From Ranitomeya imitator (lineage: Eukaryota): 64,000 nt of DNA. A program made the position numbers and the translations under genes. Positions 61,401-64,000 of the stretch are shown here, in pieces; positions within the stretch are counted from its first letter, which is position 1; every line of letters begins with the position of its first letter. The stretch lies in contig NC_091289.1 of the NCBI RefSeq assembly GCF_032444005.1, positions 161,200,001 through 161,264,000 of the forward strand, given 5' to 3'. The notes beneath the pieces were generated by a model. It searched no databases. It was not told where the DNA came from and saw nothing but the letters and a program-made list of their open reading frames with translations.

Positions 61401-63033
61401 GGTCCTGGGGGCTTGATTTTATAAACCAGGAGAAATGGGACTGAATGAAAAACTTGAATGATTAAGACATGTGTCCCAATATTTCTTCGATGCACTGCAT
61501 AAAGGATGACATGCATTTTTTCATACCGGATCTACTTTGCAATTTTGGTTTAAAAAAAATTGCAATGTTTTCCCCAAAAAAATACTGCGTGTAATCACTT
61601 TACTATTAGAACAGAAACGTCATCGATTTCTACAATTCAGTTTTGCTTTCCTATTCTGTCTTTCATTTGCTATGTTACTAGAAGCTAGCATTGGACACTG
61701 GTTTCCAGCAGGCCGGCAGGCTATAAAATGAAAAGAGGGAAAAAAAATACACTGAAAAAAAAAAAGATCATAAGCCTCAGTAGAAATCATTTGTAAAATT
61801 TTCCTTCATTGTCATGTAAAATAATGTATCACATGGATTATCATCCCACTTTAGGACACAAAAGACCTCTCTGAAATCCAGCAGATTACGGAGCGATGGC
61901 GAGATCACATGTCTCGCTTTCACCTGGAGCTGCGGCGCAGTGAGGAGTCCAGCAGAGAGAAGCTGCAGATTATCCGCACAGACATGAAAAAGTGGCAGCT
62001 ACATTTTCAGGAAAACGTTTTGTATGTTTGTTTCTTATATACTGTTATCATTATATGCAAGCTATATCACATCTGGTACTTTATATCCAATCATATGGTA
62101 GATGTCAGCATACGGCTGACAACTATTGCATGTGTATGGCCAGCCTTACAGAGCCTCCATGATAGGGAACCATGAACAGCATACAGTATATCAGACACTA
62201 GATGATGCCGCAAGTTAAAAGGGCCAGTCCCCAGCTGTTTCACCCCACGCACTAGCCCAGAGTGGCAGGTCTTTCCCTATGTGTGAATAGAAAAATAATC
62301 AGAAGCATTGCATTAAAATGTTAAAGTCCAGATATCAATCATGCAAATCGGGTGCATGTGTCACGGTATCACGCTCCATCCCCAAAACAGCCTCAAGCAT
62401 ATACTCCAAAAAGAAAAGATTACCACAACATCCCAGAAGATAAAGCATTTTTTCTTTCATTTCATCAAAAAATAATTTCAATTCGGAGTCCTTCTCACAC
62501 AACGTGACATGATAAGTGCAGCACATTAACAAGACACCGGAACAACACATATGGACATCTATATAAAAAATGTTTGTGTTTAGGGAGAGACCTGTCACTC
62601 AAGAGGAGCGGGCGGGAGAAGCTTCGAGGGATCGTCCTCTTGGAGGACAGCTTTTACATTTACAATTTACTCTGAAATGTCGCAGTTTTTCAGAATAAAC
62701 CAAAACTGGCTGAAATGCTACAGCAAATATCTGATACATACTAACCCTGATTGGGGCAACATTAGTCAGCTCTCAGGTTCACTTTAATTAGAGAGAAACC
62801 TTTAACATTCAAATGCCCTAACTCCAATTTTGCAGAATTGGCCCTTTTTATAATCTTTACACCATTGCAGAAACCCTTCAGAAATTTTAGTAAAAATATG
62901 TAAAGCAGAAATAACCTAAGTAATTAATTTTGTAACTTTTCTTTTTATTTATACCAGTGTGGATTGCCATTACTATAAGCTGCAAGAAGAAGTCGCACTA
63001 GCGATACTACAGGACGTGAGGAACTGGGAAAAT
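37310..63033 (+). CDS. AXDND1: Axonemal dynein light chain domain-containing protein 1, 5' part (continues beyond the window)
   Basis: 14 phase-compatible exons. Diagnostic peptides: [103 protein letters not shown]. Confidence 0.93.
37871..39304. repeat. 24-bp CpG-containing minisatellite (ttacagcagcgccgtgactttgta)n, ~60 units, in AXDND1 intron 1
   Basis: Direct reading; source of the VLQQRRDF and TLYYSSAV ORFs. Confidence 0.97.
39487..39810. mobile_element. hAT-type MITE
   Basis: TIR tagagatgag(t/c)gaac; exact 8-bp TSD gccatgac; the left 10-bp terminus is doubled. Confidence 0.85.
40445..42311 (-). pseudogene. Harbinger Myb/MADF-type accessory gene, decayed; the element's end TIR is at 42872
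   Basis: Exons 42311-42249, 42169-42098, 41892-41700 ([13 protein letters not shown]...RLWNEVA), 41550-41394 ([13 protein letters not shown], with an in-frame TGA and donor changed to ataagt) and ~41275-40445 (frameshift). Terminus gtgaaaccggcc|tta. Confidence 0.75.
44251..44411 (+). CDS. AXDND1: AXDND1 exon 2
   Basis: ctgtag|...[16 protein letters not shown]...KEAK|gtgcat. Confidence 0.85.
45538..45638 (+). CDS. AXDND1: AXDND1 exon 3
   Basis: [33 protein letters not shown]|gtaaga. Confidence 0.92.
46324..46420 (+). CDS. AXDND1: AXDND1 exon 4
   Basis: DISFLCDAL...PRTM|gtatgt. Confidence 0.88.
48288..48693 (+). mobile_element. Penelope-like fragment with a hammerhead-like motif, between 89-bp direct repeats
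   Basis: cttgagaaa-ggcag-att-ctgcc-gaaac at 48482-48508, then aataaa; repeats at 48199-48287 and 48694-48782. Confidence 0.55.
49827..49912 (+). CDS. AXDND1: AXDND1 exon 5
   Basis: [28 protein letters not shown]|gtaagt. Confidence 0.92.
50676..50729 (+). CDS. AXDND1: AXDND1 exon 6
   Basis: [17 protein letters not shown]|gtaagt. Confidence 0.92.
50803..51112. mobile_element. Harbinger/Tourist-like MITE
   Basis: TIR (t/g)gct(a/g)tgtgcacacgtt, TAA TSD. Confidence 0.8.
51136..51244 (+). CDS. AXDND1: AXDND1 exon 7
   Basis: [19 protein letters not shown]...GPTQ|gtaaac. Confidence 0.92.
52351..52472 (+). CDS. AXDND1: AXDND1 exon 8
   Basis: [40 protein letters not shown]. Confidence 0.93.
53071..53211 (+). 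CDS. AXDND1: AXDND1 exon 9
   Basis: [13 protein letters not shown]...FKNSIGELT|gtgagt. Confidence 0.92.
53499..55112 (+). mobile_element. Intact Tc1 DNA transposon in AXDND1 intron 9
   Basis: 200-bp TIRs at 53499-53698 and 54913-55112, apparently identical; TA TSD. Confidence 0.97.
53828..54832 (+). CDS. Tc1 transposase, 334 aa, DD34E
   Basis: Uninterrupted ORF from MGKTSDL; GRKR motif; [16 protein letters not shown] and SPDLNPIE, with 34 residues between the second D and E. Confidence 0.95.
   Translation: MGKTSDLTDVKKAIIDTLKQEGKTQKEISQQIGCSQSAVSRHLNGKSVGRKQCGRKRCTTRRGDRTLRKIVEKDRFQTLGNLRKQWTESGVETSRATVHRRVQEMGYRCRIPQVKPLLNHKQRQRRLTWATEKQHWTVAKWSQVLFSDESKFCMSFGNQGARVWRKTGEKEMPKCLKSSVKYPQSVMVWGAMSAAGVGPLCFIKGRVNAASYQEILEHFMLPSAEMLYGDEDFIFQHDLAPAHSAKTTGKWFTDHGITVLNWPANSPDLNPIENLWDIVKRKLRDARPNTLDELKAAIEASWASITSQQCHRLIASMPRRIEAVISAKGFPTKY
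56443..57810 (-). mobile_element. CR1 LINE 3' fragment, interrupted by a MITE
   Basis: ORF 57326-57745 ([10 protein letters not shown]...LEKRRLRGD...[14 protein letters not shown]); (taacatag)2 tail. Confidence 0.92.
56485..57145. mobile_element. Kolobok/T2-type fully palindromic MITE
   Basis: TTAA TSD; ~295-bp arms at 56485-56779 and 56852-57145. Confidence 0.9.
58239..58343 (+). CDS. AXDND1: AXDND1 exon 10
   Basis: ELYQVREHD...ALNNAKKNA|gtaaga. Confidence 0.92.
59450..59570 (+). CDS. AXDND1: AXDND1 exon 11
   Basis: [13 protein letters not shown]...[15 protein letters not shown]|gtacgg. Confidence 0.92.
60015..60116 (+). CDS. AXDND1: AXDND1 exon 12
   Basis: [34 protein letters not shown]|gtaagt. 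Confidence 0.92.
60563..61497 (-). mobile_element. Old Tc1 relic
   Basis: Ends tatatggacaaaagtactgggac...gtgtcccaatatttc; degenerate GPLVPVK-like coding remnant. Confidence 0.6.
61855..62021 (+). CDS. AXDND1: AXDND1 exon 13
   Basis: [16 protein letters not shown]...[10 protein letters not shown]|gtatgt. Confidence 0.9.
62958..63033 (+). CDS. AXDND1: AXDND1 exon 14
   Basis: accag|[26 protein letters not shown]|gtacga; the donor position is less certain. Confidence 0.75.
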
Positions 63034-64000
63034 GTACGAAGGTTTGACCATTACATAAAATGTGTCTTAAAGTTATACAGTGTGTGTTTTTTTTTTTTTG
63101 TTGTTTAATGTTCTAAATGCCCAAATTAGTCATTATTATTAAATTGAATTTTAGATGTAATAATGTTAGATAAATTATTGTTAAAAAGTAGAAATTCTGC
63201 TCGGTTATTTCTGTGGGGAAAGGTGATGCTACAAAACCAGCTCTGAAGAAGTGAACTATATTTTGGGGTGTATGCTCTTAGATACTCAAACCAGACTCAG
63301 AAAGCCTATATTTTAGAGTATCCAGCTACTGTTAATTATTTTGTTGATTCTATTATGATCACTCATACTTACATATTCTGCAGGCTCACAATCTAAATGC
63401 CCCATCAGTATGTATTTGGACTGCTTGTATTTCTTCTAATGTGCATAAAACCTATCCAAAGAGAATGATATGAATTAACTAAATATATTTCATCTAGGCA
63501 AGTGTATTGTTTATGGCCATTAAGTTACTGTCACATTTAGAATATGTGGCACATTTAGCTGTGGATATTCGGAAAGCTCAGGATTTCTGCAGCAGATTTC
63601 TAATTGCAAATGTGGATTAGCTCCAGTGAAGTTCAGTGGAAATAAAGTGTGGCTTTCCAAAGTGGAATTTGCTGAAATTATGAACATACAAACCCTAGGA
63701 TAAAAACAATGAGCAAATACCTTGCAGTAAGTAAATATGTAATAGTACATGTGAATAACATGCGGTACTTAGTTGACAGTATTTTGATATAAAAAAGTGT
63801 ACCGGTCTATTTCTTCAGTTTTGCTTTAGTTCCTTGTACATACAGGGGTGTAGCTTCTCCTTTTTGGGCTGTGCATCTTGTCTACATGGCAAATGTAAAA
63901 TAATCAAGTCTGGGTCCTGATCTGCCACCCCAAACCTCAGTCTATATTGAGACCTGCTGGAACTTAGAGAAGTGAGATATTGAAGTCCCTAGACCAGTGG

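Overview
This is eukaryotic, repeat-rich vertebrate DNA, most likely anuran (frog), judged from the repeat landscape and gene content. The ORF track is almost entirely non-coding noise. Two spliced host genes lie on the + strand and were assembled by hand from splice signals. (1) 1625-23842: a 14-coding-exon gene with 30-74 bp exons encodes a 236-aa secreted, 8-cysteine helical protein. It resembles the frog foam-nest surfactant Lv-ranaspumin (Lv-RSN-1)/ranasmurfin family and is built from a duplicated 6-exon module. No ORF in the track represents it. (2) 37310 to beyond the window end: the first 14 coding exons of AXDND1, with tandem RFX X-boxes in the promoter. Just upstream of that promoter is a ~2.3 kb tandem array carrying ~35 same-orientation CTCF-consensus motifs. 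Between the genes is a nested insertion cluster: a Tc1 relic contains an L2 LINE, which contains an atypical tail-less DNAJB9 retrocopy. Other elements are an intact DD34E Tc1 transposon with 200-bp TIRs in an AXDND1 intron, a decayed Tc1, a decayed Harbinger MADF gene, CR1 fragments, many MITEs, Penelope-like hairpin insertions and two long minisatellites that produce spurious long ORFs.
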